64,000 nt of DNA from Chara braunii (GCA_003427395.1 BFEA01000024.1:1094775-1158774); one strand, 5' to 3'. Shown: positions 49,753 through 63,876, counted from the stretch's first letter. A program made the numbers and translations. The notes: generated by a model not told the origin, from the sequence alone.

Positions 49753-50658
49753 TCAGTGTTCGATAACCTGGCGCTTTCCCTTCTGCAGAGATTTCTCGTA
49801 GTGCGCTACAACTTGAGGAGCGGTCTGCATAAGTTCCTCACGGGTGAACCAGCGGTCCTCCTTTGGATCAGTATGATGTCGAAACCGAGCGCAGTACTGC
49901 AACTTTGGCTTTGGAGGGCGTCCCCTGCCTGTGGATCTCGCAACTGGCAACTCCCTGTGATCCACTATGTCATCAATGTCCACTTCTCCATCCATAGTTG
50001 GGGGCAGCATTGAGCGACGAGAAGGAAACTCATCTGTTTCCTTGAAGGGTGCGAGTTTAGAGGCGTGAAAGACAAGGTAAGTGCAAAGATGACCAGGGAT
50101 ACGGACTACATAAGATGGCCCATCCGGATCAATCCCAACAACATCTAAGACTTCCCAAGGCCCAAAGTACTGAGGCATAAGTTTGCGTGAAATCCCGTAC
50201 TCTTGTCCCAGTTCTGAGGACTTAACCCAGACTCTGTCCCCAACCTGAAACGTAGAAGGGCGGCGGTGTTTATTCTCAGACTCTATCATTGCCGCCTGTG
50301 CCTTCTGCATTTGTTCTACCGCCTGCTGCATCTTTTGTTCATACCGATAGGCAAATTCTAAGGTGCCTGGTGCAGCAGTTGACTGATTCTCAGGAAGAAG
50401 GAAGTCTAAGGGCAGTCTAGGCTTGAAAGTCAATAGTAAGTTGTTTGGGCTTACCCCGGTAGCGCTGTGTACAGCGTTGCTGTATATGTTGGCGATGAGA
50501 GCAAGCTTCTCATCCCAGTCCACCTGGTTGGGCTTGATGTAATGCCTCAACAGGTGTTGTACAACGCGGTTCAGTTGCTCGCCTGGCCGTTGGCCTCTGG
50601 GTGATTCCCAGAAGTCACTTGCAACTGGGTTCCCTACTCCGCAGCAGCGGCCTTCCAC
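49753..50658 (-). pseudogene. pol: Integrase C-terminal half with GPY/F motif and chromodomain (frameshifted from pol)
   Basis: EQLNRVVQHLLRHY, HSATGVSP, LMPQYFGPWEV, VFHASKL; chromo-like DIDDIVDHR..LQYCARFRHHTDPKEDRWFTREEL. Confidence 0.88.
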
Positions 50659-53160
50659 AACTCACTAGTGAATCGAACATCCCTGTCACTTACTATGGAT
50701 TTGGGCAAACCAAAATCCCTGACCCAATTCTCTTTAAACAATCTAATGACGTACTCGGTCTTCACAGTCTCCGACATGGCTACTAATCTAGCATACTTAC
50801 TAAACCTATCCACGATGACGAAGATGTGTCTCATCCTGCTCTTGCTTGTGACCAGCGTATCCATGAAGTCCATGGACAGGCTCTCACCAGGCCTTTCCGG
50901 GATCGGACGGGGCTTCAGGAACCCAAGAGGCGCCTGAGTACGTGGCTTGTCCCTTTGACAGACTTGACATGTCTCCACGTACAACTGCGCATCTCGCATC
51001 ATCGTGGGCCACCAGAACCGCTGTAACAGATTGGTTGCGGTCTTCTTGTACCCAAAATGGCCGGTGGCATCATGACACTCGCCTAAAAACAAACTACGCA
51101 AAGACTCTCTATTTGGAACACACAATCGTTTATTCCCTGGCTTCTCAAGGAACAACAAGTCGTTGACCACCTCAAACTCAGCAGAAGTCTTTTTGTCCTT
51201 CGCCTCTAGTCTACGTATGATCTCAGACATAAACTGGTCCTCGCGATAGGCTTCCACCAAAGAACGAGTTACATCGTCCGTCAGATCGAACTCAGTTATC
51301 AGCGCACCTGAGAAATCAGGTCTACGCGACAAGGCATCCACAACCTTGTTGTACGCCCCTTTCAAATACTGGGGGTCAAAGTCATACTGCTCAATGACTT
51401 CGATCCAACGCTTCAAGGCGTCAGAGAGCACCGGTTGTGTTTTCATCCATCTCAAGGTCTGATGATCAGTCTTGAGGATGAAGAACCTCCCAAGGAGATA
51501 GTGTCTCCAATGGGTCAGAGCTTTGTACACCGCATAGAGTTCCTTCTCATAGGTGGACTTTGCCAACTTCTGAGACGACATTTTCTTGGACATGTACTCG
51601 ACCGGCCTCAACTTTGGCCCCTCCTGCTGCGCAAGCACGGAGCCAATGCCATATTGGCTGGCATCCGTGGTAACTACAAATGGCTTGTCAGGATCGGGAA
51701 GTTTCAAGACCTCATAGTGCGTCAACGCATGCTTCAGATGTCTGAAAGCAGCCTCGCACTTGTCTGTCCACTCCCATGGGGTGTCAAGGCAGGTCAGATC
51801 AGTCAAAGGGGCGGCCACTATGCTATAGTTCTTAACGAAAGTCCTATAGTAGCCTTTCATCCCTAAGAAAGATCTCATCTCAGTCACAGACTGAGGACGT
51901 GGCCAATCACGAATGCTGGCCACCTTTGTGTCATCGGGCTTCAACCCGTCCGCGGAAATCTCATGACCCAAGTACAAGATACGGGCGATGCCAAATTCAC
52001 ACGTCTCACCGTTAATCTTGAACTTGTGCTGACGAAGGAGACTGAGGACTTTATCTAAATGTTCCACGTGCTCCTCGACAGTCCTACTAAAGATAAGTAT
52101 GTCATCGAGGTACACGATAACAAACTTGTCTAAGTAGTCATGAAAGATCCGATTCATTGCGTGCTGAAAAGTGCCGGGAGCATTGCACAGGCCAAATGGC
52201 ATCACCACAAACTCGTACAGACCGTACCTGGTCTGAAAAGCGGTTTTGTGCTGATCCTCGGGCCGGATTGCAATCTGATGGTACCCAAACTTCAGATCTA
52301 TTTTACTGAAGTACCGACACCCTTGCACTCTATCAAGAAAATCATCGATGCGCGGTAGGGGCTCCCTGTTCTTCACTGTAATGGCATTGAGGCCCCTATA
52401 ATCAATGCACATCCTTAAAGTGTCTCCCTTCTTTGGAACGAATAGAACTGGAGACCCATAAGGGGAGACACTCGGCCGGATCCAACCCTTCTCTATGAGT
52501 TCCTTGAGTTGGCAGCGAAGCTCATCAAGCTCGCCTGGAGACATCCTATAGATCCTACCCTTAGGGATACTAGACCCTGGGATAATCTCTATAGCGTGGA
52601 CGACCTCCCTATCAACAACCCCTGTTGGCTCTTGGAATATATCAGGGTATTTGGCAACTACTCCCTCTATCTCCGGCGGCATTTTCACCGGCTCGCCTGT
52701 TGCAGAGACGTAAACTAGATACATACCCTCCTCCTGATGTTGCTTATAATAATTATAAAATACGGCCGCACACATGCATCCGTGAGACTCAATCAGACTA
52801 CTAGCTTTGAACTTACGTAATCTAGCGGTCCCTCCACCTGGCAAAGTGTATTTTACCACTTTTCGATCCCAGTCAAACTGGTGCTGTGCAACCGAGAGGT
52901 AGTACATACCTAACAAGATGTCCATGGGGAGATCGTCGCTCACCAGGAATGAGATGCGATGCCTCAATTCCCCTCTCGCGTACGGGAACAGGCACTCAAC
53001 GTCCTGAAGGTAGTCGTTAACTACCATGCGCTGTTTGTTGGCACAGGTCGTTAACTACCATATCGACTCAGGCGTTGCACTCGCCCCTGTAAGCGCAGTC
53101 TCTCAACGCACGTGCGACTAATGAAATTCCTCGTCGAGCAAGTGTCGTAATAGGCCCCGG
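50634..53160 (-). pseudogene. pol: Protease remnant, reverse transcriptase, RNase H and integrase N-terminal half
   Basis: YDTCSTRNFIS protease site (~53120-53150, out of frame), DILLGM, LRMCIDYRGLN, MPFGLCNAP, VYLDD, VTTDASQYG, IN H..GH..CQVC, SMDF, IVSDRD. Confidence 0.95.
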
Positions 53161-53414
53161 TCTGGCAATGACTATCTCACTGACGAACATCTCAGCCTTA
53201 GGAGCTTCAACTAGTGCCATCCAAGAAGCTAGTGGGTCTGACTTAGACCACTCCTCCTCTAGCTCCTCTAAGGACTCAAACATATTCCTCGAACAGAGGG
53301 TCGATGGGTCCGAATGTGTTTGCGGGACGACTGGGGAGTCAGAAGCTTGGGCCATCTCTTGAGATGGTGAGGGTGTGTCCACCACTTCGACCTTAGCAGG
53401 AACAGCTACTATTC

Positions 53415-53800
53415 CTACTGGCCCGACGTGTTTCCCGGAGCAGTGCCTGAAGTACTGGCAACGTTGCTACCAACGGAAGCGGAGGATCCTACCGCCTGCC
53501 CCATAGTAGACGGGATCTTCTCGGTAACCTTCTTGTTACTGCACTTGAATTGGTTATGGCCATATTGACCGCAACGAATACAAGCTTGCCGGGTGTATCG
53601 GTCTCTCCACACGTCCTCAGTGAGAGCCAATTTTTCCCATGGAGGAGCATTGGGGTCAACTTGACTCCTGGACCGGGAGCCTCCTCGACGTCTACCAGTC
53701 CCCTTACCTTTTTGTTGATTTACGGCAGCGACTACTCCACCCTCTGAAGCCTCTACGCTGCCTGCCTCTGAACCAGCTCCCAACTGGGGGTCGTTGTCAA
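53415..53800 (-). pseudogene. gag: Gag C-terminal fragment with zinc knuckle
   Basis: CIRCGQYGHNQFKC CCHC knuckle; abuts the (CT)n tract at 53801-53874. Confidence 0.85.
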
Positions 53801-53876
<76 letters not shown>

Positions 53877-53977
53877 ATTGTCTTCTTTGCAGGTGCGAGC
53901 CGCGTCGTTCTTCTTTCGCAAATCAGCTATGGCGGACTTCTTCTTCACGGTGATGGCGCGTGGAATAGCGGGTACCA

Positions 53978-53989
53978 GCTCCGATACCA
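53978..53989 (-). other. Primer-binding site, tRNA-iMet type
   Basis: - strand TGGTATCGGAGC versus canonical TGGTATCAGAGC (1 mismatch). Confidence 0.7.
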
Positions 53990-54899
53990 AGGCAATCAGA
54001 CTCGCTTTCTCTTTTACTTCGCATGCATGCAAACAGATGACAAGTCACACTGGCGCTCAACGCTCACTCAAAGCTCAGAGATATGGAAGTCGGAAACACA
54101 GTTCAGATACACGCTCGCTTCAACAGGCTATGACGCGTCAGCGCCTGTACAACTCTCTGTTCGTAAGTGTGCTTAACCCCGTTGTTCACACACACTCCAC
54201 TCAGGATCACCCTGGATATCCCACACGCGACACATTGTCTCACGCACACGCACACACCACACTCGCCTATCACCTACGATGGCTATGGCTACTCAACCTC
54301 TACTTTGCCCACTTCATCTTCGGACGCTTTGCAGACCATCTCGCACAAGTCGCTCAAGCAGCGTTTCCGCATGACTTACGTAGGAATGAATGAATGACTG
54401 GGCGTTGCCTCTTGATTTATACTTTTGTGACTCGTTGGTCTGCCTCTGTCCACCGGGCCCTGAGTGCACACAGTCCCACATGGTACTTGCAGACTGGACT
54501 TAGTGAGACTGGGACTTGGTACAGCTGACTCAGCACAGGTGGACTCCACTACTTGCCCACTTGCCTCTGGACTGTTGTGAGCAACGTTTGGAGGGTCACT
54601 TCTGTGGACTTGGCCCTTCGACACTGTAGCAGCTAAGACCTTGACCTTTTAGGACGATAGCAGCTACGACCTTGACCTTTCAGAACTCCTACAACTACGA
54701 CTTCTAGAACTCACTAAGACTCCTACCCAATAGGTCTACAGCTCGAACCCCTACGACCTACGGACCTACGACAGCCTACCAATTGATGCGAACACACAGG
54801 TCACGGGTTCAACTCTCGGGGTCGACACAGGTATTGTACACAGGTAAGGTGAGAACCAGGGATCGAGCCCTGGGAGCTGCGTTCGCTACTGCTAACAGG

Positions 54900-54965
54900 T
54901 GAATGCCGTTTCAGATTTATTTATTGATTGATTATTTGGATGATTGATTGATTGGTATTGATTGG

Positions 54966-55004
<39 letters not shown>

Positions 55005-56149
55005 GTTGGTTGATAGGTTGATTGATTGATTGATTGATTGGTGGGGAAGGGGTCGTCCTTCCCCCCCCCACATGTACACACACACACACACGCACAAAAA
55101 ATAAAAAGGTCTTTTTTTTACATTTGTTTTGATTAAAATATTTATTTATTTATTTTCTATTTTTTTTAATTTTTTAAATAAAAGACACTTAAAAAACAAA
55201 TATAGGGTTGTAGGTATTTTCAAACCCTACACCCCCATATGTTTTGTTTTTTGTTTGGTCCATGAATTTTGTTTTAAAAAATATGTGAAATTCTCGGTCG
55301 CACCCACCCGCTGACCCATGGCCTGCGGTCGGGATCCCGACCGCAATCCGAGACAGACCCCACGGTCATCACGGGGGGGGATTCATAGTAGTAAGCGTAC
55401 TTTTTCAAGGCGACATACATAGTTTGCGGCAAGAAAAAGTTTTGTGTGATTCTTAGGACGTTGGAATGTGTTTCTAACACTTCATTCCGACAATTTACTG
55501 CTTTCTTTTGAATGTCGGACCTATTTTTTACCAGATAGATTGATGTTATATGTATGTAACCTACGAATCCCTCCCGGCCACGGTCGCCGCAGTCACGACC
55601 GCGGTTTGCAGTCATGACCCCGTCCGTGAAGATTTTTGCAGCCGCGTAGCGGCTAGAAGGGGAAGGTTTTGGGGGTGGGGGTTGCGTATTGGGGTTCCAG
55701 AACCTCGATCCTACCCCCTAGAAAAAACAAAGGTAAAAAAAAAACGTTTTCCGGGTGGGGGGGGCTTGATGGGTGAAAAACAATTAAAAAAAAATAATCT
55801 TAATTGATTGATTGATTGATCGAATTCGTATATCTGATTGACTGACTGATTGATTTTTTTATTGATTGATTTTTTTATTTTATTTTTTTGATTGATTGAT
55901 TGATTGATGGGGGAGGGCTCTCCCAACCTCCCGCCGCCCCGCTGCACACACACACACACACACTCTGTCATAGGGGAACCCACTTAAAAAAATAATTAAA
56001 AAAAATATATATTTTGATTGATCGATTGATTGATTGATTGATAGATTGGTGGGGGAGGGGTCTCCCAACCTTCCCCCCACCCACCTGCTCACACACACAC
56101 ACACACACTTTGTCATATAAGAACCCGTTCTTTTTTTATATACTTTTTT

Positions 56150-56187
<38 letters not shown>

Positions 56188-56333
56188 AGATTGTTGGGGG
56201 AGGGGCCTCCCAACCTCCCTTCCCCCCCCCCCCCGCGCACACACACGCATACACAAACATACACGCACACACACAACATGCGCGTTCGTGCTCGTTTTTT
56301 TCTATCAATCAATCAATTAATCAATCAATCAAT

Positions 56334-56368
<35 letters not shown>

Positions 56369-56850
56369 AATTAATCAAGCAAGCAATCAATCTATATATG
56401 TGTGTTTAAAACGGAAAAAAAAAAAAAAAACGTCTTTATTTTTTTTTCCATTATTATATATTTTTATCTTTTATCTTTGCATTTGTTATAAGAAAAAGAA
56501 CCAAAGACACATGTGCACCATGTTTATCCCACCAGCAATCATAGAAAAATAAAAAACAAAAACTCCCATTTTTTATTACGTTTATTTTGATTAGAATACT
56601 TGTTGTTTTATTTTCGATTAAAAAAAAAAAAAACACTTTTAAATCTAAATATATATATATATGGTTGTTACAGGTTGTAGCTTGTAGGGCTTTTCAAACC
56701 CTACCACATTTTTTTTTTGTATTATTATTTTTTTAAAGTATGACAAATTCTCGGTCGTGCTCGACCGCCCGGGTCATGGCCGGCGGGCGGGATCCCGACA
56801 ACAATCCGAGTTTGACCCATCGGTCATGACCGCGGGGGATATGTAATTTG
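54900..56850. repeat. Compound low-complexity repeat region with (ATTG)n, (CA)n and A/T tracts, plus a ~180-bp block present twice
   Basis: attg runs followed by ggggagggnnntcccaacct units; block ttttcaaaccctac..aaattctcggtcg..gggatcccgac..aatccgag..cggtcat at ~55205-55385 and ~56680-56840. Confidence 0.8.
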
Positions 56851-57030
56851 TAACTAGACTTTATAGAGTCGCCCAACTGGGTAACCCTGACAAACCTACC
56901 TTGGGGGGGGACCCGCCCGGGGTGCCCAAGCGACAGGAAAAAATGAGTTCTTTTTTTTTTTTTTGCAGTTGGACAATTTTGTGTTCACTAAGATGTGCCC
57001 AAATCGAGCCTTATATTTAAATGTGGCGAT

Positions 57031-57381
57031 CTTTGTAGCACACTGAACATGTTCGGAGCTTTTCCGAACGTCCGAACATGTTCGGGTGTTCGGCCGAACG
57101 CCACCCGAACGTGTTTGGCCGAACATATTCAAAAAAAAAAAAAAAAAAAAGTTTTGGTTTTTGACTTTTAACTGGATTTTGGTTACAAATTTGACCATAC
57201 CTCCAAGGCAAAAGTTGTTTTTATTATTATTTTACATAACATATATGGTTTTCAAATTTTTTGAAGTTTTTTTTTTTTTTTTTTTTTTTTCATGTTCGGG
57301 TTCGGAGAGTTTCGGTGCTCGTTCGCATTCGGTCCTGAATGTTCGGGTTCGGTCACCGAACCCGAACGAGATGCTACACAG
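57031..57381. mobile_element. 351-bp MITE with an 8-bp target-site duplication (hAT-like by TSD length)
   Basis: GTGGCGAT at 57023-57030 and 57382-57389; termini CTTTGTAGCA and TGCTACACAG (9/10 inverted match); many subterminal ccgaac/gttcgg motifs. Confidence 0.8.
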
Positions 57382-60300
57382 GTGGCGATGTTGCAGCAAA
57401 GGGTGTTTATGGGGTAGAAGCGGGCTTCAAAGGGGCTTAAAAGAATGTGATATAAATAATATAATTTAACGTTTTTATTTATTTATTTATTTTTAAAATG
57501 AATTTTGTGGTGACCCTTCGCCCAAAGTTGTTTGATCTGCAATCCTGCATGACATAGGGGATGTTTGGGACCTTAATCGTGATTTTGTCCACGCCGGCCA
57601 CCAGGGTCAGTCTAAGGAACCCCGACGGCCCAACCCCTAACCCGCATGTGTTATTTGAAAATAAAAACAGTGAAAAACACAATGACACGTGTTTAAGTTG
57701 CGAACAAGGTGGCCTCTTTCCTTCTAAGCATTACATACACAAAGCAAGTATATAGCAAAGAAAACAAGACATAGTCCAACTCTCAGTTGAACAACAATCT
57801 TGAGGAAGTTATATGTTAGTGTGAAAACATGCCTGGCGGATATGTTTATAAAACTCGGGCGTGGAAAGGTGGTCCATCTCCAGAGGATACATAGGATCCA
57901 AAGGTCGTTGTAGTTGGTTTGGCACAATTGTTGTTATACTCCTGCAAGAAGTAGCAGCATCACAAGGATAATTATAAGAGGTGAGAGTGAATGGTCAGAC
58001 TAAAAACCACAAATATTCAGTTGCAAATTTAAAACACATTTTGTTATACATAGAGAAGAAATAAAAAAAATGTATACCTATGAACAATACAACAAAATCG
58101 CATGTCTATGGTAGTACTATGTTTGCATTCACTTTGTGGTTTGTGCTTTGAGAAAACATTTGATAATTTTGAAAGAACAACGTATAAGGAACTTAGTACA
58201 AAAACAAGGCACCACAATATAAAGACTTGATTGACATTTATAGTCATCTACAAAACCATGCAAGAGAAGGTTAAAAAAAACGTTGAGTCAAGGTACAACT
58301 GAGACAATCATACAATAGTAAACTCATAATGATAATAACATAATACTAGGCTATTATTTGAGCTACAATAACCTAAGTCCGGGAAGGGTTACGAGCAAAA
58401 CCTGAAGAGTTTGACAAAAAGAATATTATGTACAATTGTAATTTTCGTTTTAAGAGATTTTACACTGCCAACGAACGCAATGCATAAGGCCAACAACAAC
58501 TGTTTGAGGAAAACCAAAGTCAAGGTTGCCAAGTCATCCCCATAGCCATGGAAGTAGAACCCCATATTTGTAACAACACAAACCATCAGCCCACATTTGC
58601 AATATTTACCAAATTTATCTTTTATTGTCTCACCATAGAGTCGCGAGTGCTCACACCACCGTTGTGACTCAAATCAAGTAGAAAAGAGGCGACTTTATCA
58701 AGGCATAAGCTTCGTGTTAATAATAATTATTTGTGATTGGGAAGTCATTCTGAAAGCCTTGCTTGCCTCATATGCACTTCAGTAAATGAAAGGATAGCAA
58801 GATGGATTTTACATCACTAAATTGTACGAAGTTTTATGTCAATTGCAATTGAATATTTAAAGTGGCAGGTCCTTCATGTTCACCCAAGATGGATTTTTGA
58901 GGGTGGCTTACTAGCTTGGTATCCACATGATTGGGGAAGGGATTGCAACCTCTCCCAACTCACCTGAAGTTAGGCTTTGTCGGAATATATTGCATGTTTA
59001 TAGTCGGATGGTTAGTATGCTGGTTGTAATAGCAAACAGGCGTCACAAGAGAAATCTATGGTGCACATGCACTAGTGCAACATGAAAGAAAAAGTAAGGA
59101 GTGAAAGCTTATTATAAACCCCTCTGCCACGGAGGCCGAAGAGTGACTGAAAGGAAACGACCCTGTATGTCGACCTCGGTGGCGGGAAGACGACCAAGCC
59201 GGATGCCTACAGTGTGCATACCTTCGTATGACGCTTGGTAAACTCTGACACTCGCCACCGAGGTACGACGCCGAATACACTCTGACACTCACAATGACTG
59301 ACATGTATTTTATTTTATGAAACGACCACTTATAGATTGCTATATTGTGTTGTTATAAATGTACTTTTCTTGGCTTGCTTTTGTATACTTACAAAATGTT
59401 AGACGTTTCTTATCATGTGCGAATGCATATGTGAAATGTTTGTGATGATTGTATTGTGTGAGGGATTGTGTAACGGATAGTAGGAGTTGGCAACGGGTTT
59501 ATAGCAAAGTTAGGGCAGCCCACATCCCACAATGCACCCTCTACACAGTACTGCCTCCTGTCCGTAATCCCGAAACGCCCGACCCCAAACAACAACCCCC
59601 CCCCTTCCACGATGCCCACGACACTCTCCTGATCCCCCACGCACCCCCCGATCCCCCACGCACCCCCACATCCCCACACACCCCACACCCCCAAAGCCTA
59701 CACACCCACNNNNNNNNNNNNNNNNNNNNNNNNNNNNNNNNNNNNNNNNNNNNNNNNNNNNNNNNNNNNNTTTTCCCTTTTTCTTTTTTTCTCTTTTTCT
59801 TTGGCTTGAACTTGGAAAGGCAGGGGCGCGTTTTGTTTGGGAGCATAGACTGAACCGGGAAAAAAAAGGGTCCAACGACTCACGCCTAAAGCCATACAAC
59901 CGACGGAGCTAGCCTGTAGAAGCACATGGCCTGTTTCACCTGTGTGCGGAGACCCACTCGCTCCGTGGGCTTTGGATTCGCTACACTGATATGACTACAG
60001 AGAGCCGCACAACACTCTTTGCTTCTGTTCTGCTCTTTGCGGAGTTCTCTGCTGGACCAATCAGGATTTTGCCAAAAATCACCATAGCATTCTCGACTGA
60101 GTTCTCGCTATCTTGCTCATTGGTCCCTCTTGGGATAGCAATCAGTTTTGCACCTGTCATAGCACTCACACTTGGCAAACGAGCACTGCATTGACTATCT
60201 GAACATGGCTGCACCATTCAGCTTCGATGAGATGAATTTGCATCTGGCGGACGAGGGAGTTGTCAATGCGCGTGAGGAGGCACAACCAGAGGTGATGACT

Positions 60301-61942
60301 ATCAAACGAATCATTGTGGCTCTCCTCCCTCTCCTCCTCCTCCTCCTCCTCCTCCTCCTTCTCCTTATCTCTCTCTCCCTCTCATTTCGATTATCTCGTA
60401 CGCTCCCCCGAATCATCCACCCTCTGATGACTTCGATAATGGTTCTCCACATATATTTGGCGTTATATCTTGTGCTATTATTTTGTATTCCTCTGACGAG
60501 CTAACCTATTGGCAAGGTTGGCGAAAAGCATGTTTAAGGGAGCATGCCAACACCCTAGCCAGACGTAACGACTGAGCTTTCACCTACCCTCTTTGTGGTA
60601 GAATGGTGATTGTTCCCATATGAGAGAACCAATGATTTCGTGAAACTTCGTGCTTATTTGATCTTTGTGATAACCCTTGCCTGATGATGTGCTTACCTTG
60701 TGTGTTCATGTTGCTTCGCTTGGGGTTTGGATGGTAATTAGATTTTTTTTTCGTTATAATTATATGCATGGGCCGGGTATGTCCTTTTGTTATGTTCGGG
60801 ATGGGCAGCTGATGTGCGCAAGGAATACGCTCACTTGAAGGCCAAGCTGACAAGCAAGCTGAAGCACAGTTGCGGCATGGTTGTTGACGAATGATTAGTC
60901 ACAGAGATTTCGGGATCAAGAGTAGTTATGAAGCTTAACGTGTTAATTGGGGTTTTTTTGTGAATGTATTCGGGGAACAGGGATTGGGTGATGATTGTGG
61001 AGGAGTTAGTGAGCAATTAATTGCAGAACAGCCTGGCGGCCTGCCATCGTAATGATCATGGAAATATAGGCGCCATGAGAGTAGTGCGTTCGGCTAACTG
61101 AGGCCACCTTGTTTTACGTAGGGGCTTGGTGTTTCGTTCATTTTGTTTGGGCTTTGGTTACAAAAAATGGGGAATGGACTGGTAGATAGGATCTACACCG
61201 ATGGGCTTTCAGAAAGATTTTCTTGGAATAAAGCCATGAGTATATTAGGGTAGCTGGGATTTGGAATAAGTGCTGATGGCTATGGAGATGGTGAACATTT
61301 AATTGCAGAGCTACTTGATCGCCTGCCATCGTAATAATCAGGGGATCGTAGATGCTATGGGAGGAGAGCATTCAGCTAACTGAGGCCACCTTGGATCACG
61401 TAGACGCTTGTTTTTCATCATTTTTTTCCTCGTTTTTTTCATCATTTTTTCATCATCCTTTTCACCAATTTTTTTGCATTGGTTACGGAGAAGGGAAATA
61501 ATTTGTGAAGATAGGATCTGCGCCGATGCATTCTTTCGATCATTGGCAGCTTATGCTTTCTTCCATTTCTTTTCGTTTCTTTTCTTTTCTTATAGGATAG
61601 GAGTGCATTTGGTTGAGCGATGCATGGGCTACTGAATGCGACTTGTTGCGATCATTTTTTTCCAATTCAGTAAACAATCGTGGATGTCGTGTGAGAATTT
61701 TCGTAATCTGTCTGCCTGATTGTTTGAAATCCTATGTATTCTGATGCAATACTACGTGAGTGCACCTTAAGGAGGTATGTTGATAGAAGCGGGGATGAAA
61801 TGAGAGGAATGATTGTAATACGTGAGGTTCCTTCGGGGGAGCTTACCTTGTGAGGTGGCGATGAGTTAGAGCATGTATCTGTTACGTGCCGAGGCCTCTG
61901 TAACATGTGTTATCGCACACATCTTCACACACACACACACAC

Positions 61943-61980
61943 CTGTCTCTTATACACATCTAGATGTGTATAAGAGACAG
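61943..61980. other. Nextera mate-pair junction adapter (two head-to-head Tn5 mosaic ends): sequencing/assembly artefact
   Basis: Exact CTGTCTCTTATACACATCT-AGATGTGTATAAGAGACAG. Confidence 0.98.
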
Positions 61981-63876
61981 CTCCTACCCCGTTCGGCGAA
62001 CACACTTAAAACGCCCCCCCAAATAACGCCCCCCCCCCAACAAACCCCCTCAGTCAACAATTTTTTTTTTTTTTTTGCAAAGGCATACCTTCGCATGTCC
62101 CACACACCTTAGAATCGAAAACTGATAACGGGGAAGGGGGGGCGGGAGTTTTTTTTTAACCCCTTCAACTTACGGAAATCCACCCCCCCCCCCCATTTTT
62201 TTTATTTTTTTATTTTTTTTTATTTTTTTCGTTTAAGGGGCAGAGGCTGCCGCTGAGCGGACGGACCTGGCGTGCCGACCTCTGACCCTCCCTCGAACGC
62301 GTGGCCTGTGGCCGCGGCTGCAGGCTCGACCACGCGCGGCCACATCCGCGGGGGTTTCATAGTCCCACACTAGTTCTAACCGGTCACACGCGGTGGGTGG
62401 TAGGTGGTCCTGCACTACAACCTTCAGCACTAAACGACGTCGCCTCTAAAAACCGCTTCCACCACGCCGCCAAAAAAACACAACACCCAAGTATTAAATT
62501 TGTAGGAGCCACAAATTTCACACGCACGCCTTTACTGGTCCTAATGGTCCCACAAAGACTAACGTCGACGGTTTCACTATCGCTGGTGTGTGTGTATAGA
62601 AAAAAAAAATTCAGCGTACATCTAACCTTGAGAACCAGGTTTGAAACAAAGGCCAATGTTGGCACCACCACTGGACCTCACGGAATCCAGTAGTACCACC
62701 CCTAAAAAGAAGCATGACCTCGGCGCTTGCCACGTCACTCAAAACTGGTCCACCGCACTTCACCTCTCAGACAAGCGGCAAGGAAGAGCCCCACTGTGCA
62801 CCAAAGAAAAAAACAGCACCTCCATTTCACCCAGCATCACTAGGCGTGCCGCAATATTCGCAACATAACGCTACAAAACTTAAGGTCGCTGACGCCGAAC
62901 AATTTCGGCAGCATGTCCCCACAAAGTGCAGGTTAGCCTGCTGCAACCTGGTCCACCGAAACCTCCACCAGCGCCGCCGTGAAGTTTGTCGTCGCGGATA
63001 GCACCGTGCCGTTAAATTAATAAAACTTGGGCTATGGATCAAATCCACGCCCAAAGTATAGCTCCCTTCACACAGTCCCGGTTCGGCAACGTGGTCCTAA
63101 GAACTGTCCAGAGGGCCAACACCAGGCAGAGGGTGGAGCAGAGTGCTCCCTGCCTCAACTATAGCTGCCCTACTCCCCCTCCCACACTCCTCTGCAAACC
63201 TCCAATCTTCTCTACCACTGCCTCAAGCAACTCCTCCAGCAGCCCAACAACACTCAAGGGTGTTGTTACACAACATGAGTGCTTTTGTGTGGAAGTTGGG
63301 GACAATTGCCTTTTTATACTGGTTGAGTCCTGGTTGTCACTCCATCCCCAAGGCAAAATCGCAAGCGCATAGGGAGCTCTTCATCTGCGGCAAGATCGAG
63401 GGCAACTCTGGCCGCACGACAACCACAACCTTAGTGGGGCATTTTCTTTAACTACCCTTTTTTTTTTTTTTTTTTGCCTCAGCTATTTCGAAATTTCACG
63501 AGATAGTTGAATTCTTGCATTTTCAAATTTATTTTTATTTTCTTTTTTTGATAAGAGGTTGAACCGTTGAAGAGATTCAACCCCTTTCAATTGATGTATC
63601 TGGCCCTTTTTCTTAGGGCAAATATCTCGAGGGAAAGACCAAACTTAGCCTTTTCAGTCATGACCTTTAATTGTCCAGGCTCCCAATAAAAACGAGGGTC
63701 TGATAGTTGCCTCTTGCAGTTTTTGCCAAAGGTTTCACCTTGTGAGGACAATTGTCCTCATGAGAATGCAACAAAAAGAAAAGAAACAACAAAAGAGAAG
63801 GACTAAACTTAACCCCCAAAACTAGACCGTCCCTGGCCTCGATTCAAGCCAGGAACATTATAGAGCCCCACTCTGT

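Larger units (their letters stand above)
48959..54897 (-). mobile_element. Decayed chromovirus (Ty3/Gypsy with chromodomain integrase); most of gag missing, ends do not match, outer limits tentative
   Basis: PBS, gag knuckle, PR, RT, RNase H, IN, chromodomain and PPT in order on the - strand. Confidence 0.88.

Noticed and set aside
53062-53076. + strand IDSGV resembling a protease active site
   Set aside because: Coincidental; the actual protease motif (YDTCSTRNFIS) is on the - strand with the rest of pol.
58389-58586. Possible hAT dimerisation-domain remnant
   Set aside because: Resemblance too weak; the diagnostic ERxFS-type motif is absent.
61019-61405. Diverged ~100-bp direct repeat pair (~282 bp apart)
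   Set aside because: Real but without supporting coding or structural context; likely decayed transposon debris.
61943-61980. Natural Tn5/IS50 end or horizontally transferred palindrome
   Set aside because: Exact match to the synthetic mosaic-end junction adapter.
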